A stretch of DNA of 64,000 nt from Gnetum montanum (taxonomy: Eukaryota > Plantae > Gnetophyta). Of this stretch, positions 61,149-64,000 are shown one piece after another (positions within the stretch are counted from its first letter, which is position 1; every line of letters begins with the position of its first letter). A program made the translations under genes and the position numbers. Location of the stretch: contig MNCI01000808.1 in assembly GCA_015680685.1 (NCBI GenBank), positions 204,288-268,287 on the forward strand, in the 5' to 3' direction. The notes below the pieces were generated by a model. That model did not search any database. It had not been told where the DNA came from and was given only the letters and a program-made list of their open reading frames with translations.

Positions 61149-62880
61149 TGTAAGGCTGGAAGGAAAAAGACACCAAAAGATCATCAGGTAGGCATAGCTA
61201 ACCTTACCTTCACTTGAGGGCAAGCTGGAAAAGGAAACGAAAGAAAAGTGCCTTGGATGGTTTGCATGCAAATCAACCAAGGACTTCCCCAAGTGTAAGC
61301 TATGACTAGCGCTGGGGTTATCGTAAATGGTGTCTTAAAACATGAATAGCATGTATAAAATGTAAACAATTTATTGCAAATGAAACGTCAACAGGATCGT
61401 AAACAAGATGTAAGTAGAGCATAAGCAGAACATGAATAGAACATAAATTAAATATAAAATAGAGTGAACAGAAATAATGGTGGTTGGCAAAACGAAATGT
61501 ATTGTATTGCTTAGAAAAGATGTGCACCAATCAAAGTGTACCTGCATGTGGATGGTAGGTCAAACGCCTAGCCTAGAGGTTATGTGATATGATGATGTGA
61601 TGTATGTGAGAAGTACTTGGATGCCAGGAGTCAAGTATGCCAAGCGCCCAAGGATTGCTGGTTTGCTATCTGTTCTCAGAATTGCCAATGTCTCCAATTT
61701 CCAACCCCCAATTTATGTGAATTGACATGGTATTTATAGGGCTGGCCTAGACTCGGGTTCAGAATTCAAGAATGGAATCACCAGCTAGGAGATGAGAGAA
61801 AAAGAGGATCGTGTGACACGTGTCCAATAGATAGCTATGTGTGAGTTGGTCGTGTGTAGGCAGGCTACATTTTTGACTAGATGNTAGGATCGTGTGACAC
61901 GTGTCCAGTAGATAGCTATGTGTGAGTTGGTCGTGTGTAGGCAGGCTACGTTTTTGACTAGATGTGATGTATCTTACAATATGTGGGTTACTCAAGCCCA
62001 TGAAAGTGGATACAATTTAGACCCTGAGGGCCTGACAAGCCCACAAATCAAAATTTACAATGTAATACAAGAAAAATTGACCTTGGCTTGCTTGAAACTT
62101 CTGGATGTTGGGTTTGACCACTTTGACTACTGTAGGATGTCGATCTGAAGGATTTCGTGGTTGCTTGAGGTGGTTCTGTTCTGCCATAGCTTCCAACGTG
62201 AATGGATGTGGGCTTCATATGTGTTGATTTGAGCTTCAGTGTACTCACATTACATTCATGCCTAGCATTTGTCTTCAGCGTGTGTGTCCTAGCCTCCAAC
62301 ATCCTAGCATCCAATGTGCATACATTGCACTAACATTGTATTCATGTACAACGTGACCTTCAACGTGAGTGGGGAAAAAGACATATTTTGACACTGATTT
62401 CTGAATTTTGAAGCTTGATTCTTGAAGTGTAACTACTACCTACCTGTGTGTGATCTTGAGGTTGAAAACTGAGGTTGATGTATCTTGTTATTGAGCATTT
62501 TTGGTAGGTCATGCTGCACTCTTGCTGCAACATGACCACAACATGACCTGCAATGTCATTTGCAAACACTTGTGAAAACTTGCAATTCTTTTGACTTAAA
62601 ATTTGGAGGTTCTGAAGGTTGAAGTCTATAGGTTGTCGATGGTAAGCTTGAGGATGATTTACTTTTTGAAAATATAATTGTTTTGACTTGATTTTAAGGC
62701 TTTTGAGAGTTGGTCATGCTGGAATCAACCTGCAGCATGATCATAGCATGTCCACAGTGTGCCCTTCATCTTTTGACTTGATTTGGAGGCTTTTGAGAGT
62801 TGGTCACATTGGGGGGCAAGCTAGTTTTGACATTGTGAGTAACCTGACTTGGGCAAGCTAGGTGTGAGCTCCATGCCTTA
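61149..62880 (-). mobile_element. Probable 3' LTR of a second, nested Tat-like element; its internal region continues to the window end
   Basis: Starts TGTAAGGC exactly where the FCP1-like frame breaks and ends ...GCCTTA (terminal CA/PPT not intact). Minus-strand cctataaatac at about 61730-61740. Adjacent 62950-63035 is homologous to 54170-54250, next to the first Tat LTR. Confidence 0.5.
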
Positions 62881-64000
62881 GCCAAATTTTGCCTCTGGAA
62901 TGCCGAGGAGGGCTTGGGTCATCCTTGTTTCAAAGTGTTGGGCCAAAATTAGTGGTGTTTCATTGGTCCCTCTTTGTTGATATCTGGAGGAATCCACTTG
63001 AGAGGCATCAACAAAGAAGTGCAAAACACCATGAACAACTAAGTACCAAGCATTGTCCATCGGCCCTTGGCTGGATGTCATTGCACTGTGTCCAAAAGTA
63101 CATGGGATTGGGGAAATGCAGCTTGAGATGCAGGGGGGATTGGTTGTAACAGGGAAATCAGGAGTTGATCAAGAGCTATAATTTCTATTGGGATTGAGAG
63201 GTAGGAATACTCTCATGTGAACAAGTTATATATTTGGTCCTTGCCAATAGTCAATTTTTAGCAGACTTGGAGCCAAGACATAGGAGGTGCATTCTTTGAA
63301 GAAACAGGACTCTTATAGAGTATTTGCGAGGCCCTTTGTAAATAGCCAAAGCCACGCAATGATGTGCAACATGGTCTTTTTGAGACACAAGTGTAGCTAT
63401 TTTTCAAGACTTTTCAAGACAATTGGCTTCTCGCTTGAGGCTTTGTATGAGAATAGCCAATAGTTTGTGGTTTATGATGTCAATGGGATCATGAAGACCT
63501 TTTTCTGTGCATTTTGCTCTTTGACCTTTTTTTTCTTTTTGTTTTTGTTTTTCTTGTTCATTTATTCTCTTCTTTTGTTTTTGCTTTGTTTTTGTTTTTT
63601 TTCTTTTCTTTTATATATTTTTTTATTCTTGTTCTTTTTGAAAGAGCTTGCTTTTTGTGCTATGCTCGTGTTTGAGCACTTACATTTTGCATCATGTACT
63701 ATGTACTATGTTTTGCGTTGCAACTATTTGGAGAGTCACAGTATGTAACAGTGTGTCAAGAGTTTTGATCTGAATGGAATGTATCCAGGGGTGTAATTGA
63801 ATAGGATAATTAGGACATGATGGAGAAATAGGGGATGTATCAAGAGTTGGGAATGTACTTATGAACGAATTGATTAATCCAATTGCATGCTTTAGGAAGA
63901 ATGTGATACCTTGTTATCACGATGAAGTGCATCTATGCACGAACGTCTCAGGAGTGTCATCCTGAAAACACAACTCTAAGAAGACAAGAAAACCACAAAT

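Noticed and set aside
61805-61963. ~78-bp direct duplication
   Set aside because: The copies are separated by an n. They differ at a few bases, consistent with haplotype or contig overlap.
63467-63748. Phe/Leu-rich 'membrane protein' ORF
   Set aside because: It is the translation of a T-rich low-complexity tract.

Overview
This window is AT-rich, repeat-dense eukaryotic DNA, almost certainly plant. The element mix (Athila, Tekay/chromovirus, two Tat architectures, a Tork-like copia, RTEX-like LINEs and an Au-like SINE) suggests a non-flowering vascular plant, which is my inference. No intact host gene can be supported. It is a nested set of decayed retrotransposons with three long N-gaps and several assembly duplications flanked by single n bases. 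The most notable observations concern accessory modules of the LTR elements. (1) A Tat-type Ty3/gypsy element (52469 onward, minus strand) has an RT-RH-aRH-INT frame that starts at its own ATG behind a splice acceptor. Directly upstream it carries a divergently transcribed, intron-containing gene for an FCP1/NIF (CTD-phosphatase-like HAD) domain that lacks the catalytic aspartates. (2) An Athila-type element has a ~900-codon coiled-coil accessory ORF behind an internal promoter built from the same GCGATATCGC palindrome array as its LTR. (3) The same pattern, a family-specific palindromic motif array next to a TATA box, recurs in several unrelated elements, twice shared between an LTR and an accessory-gene region. 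(4) One ~900-bp LTR is itself a long fold-back. All protein assignments come from motif recognition by eye; no database searches were run.
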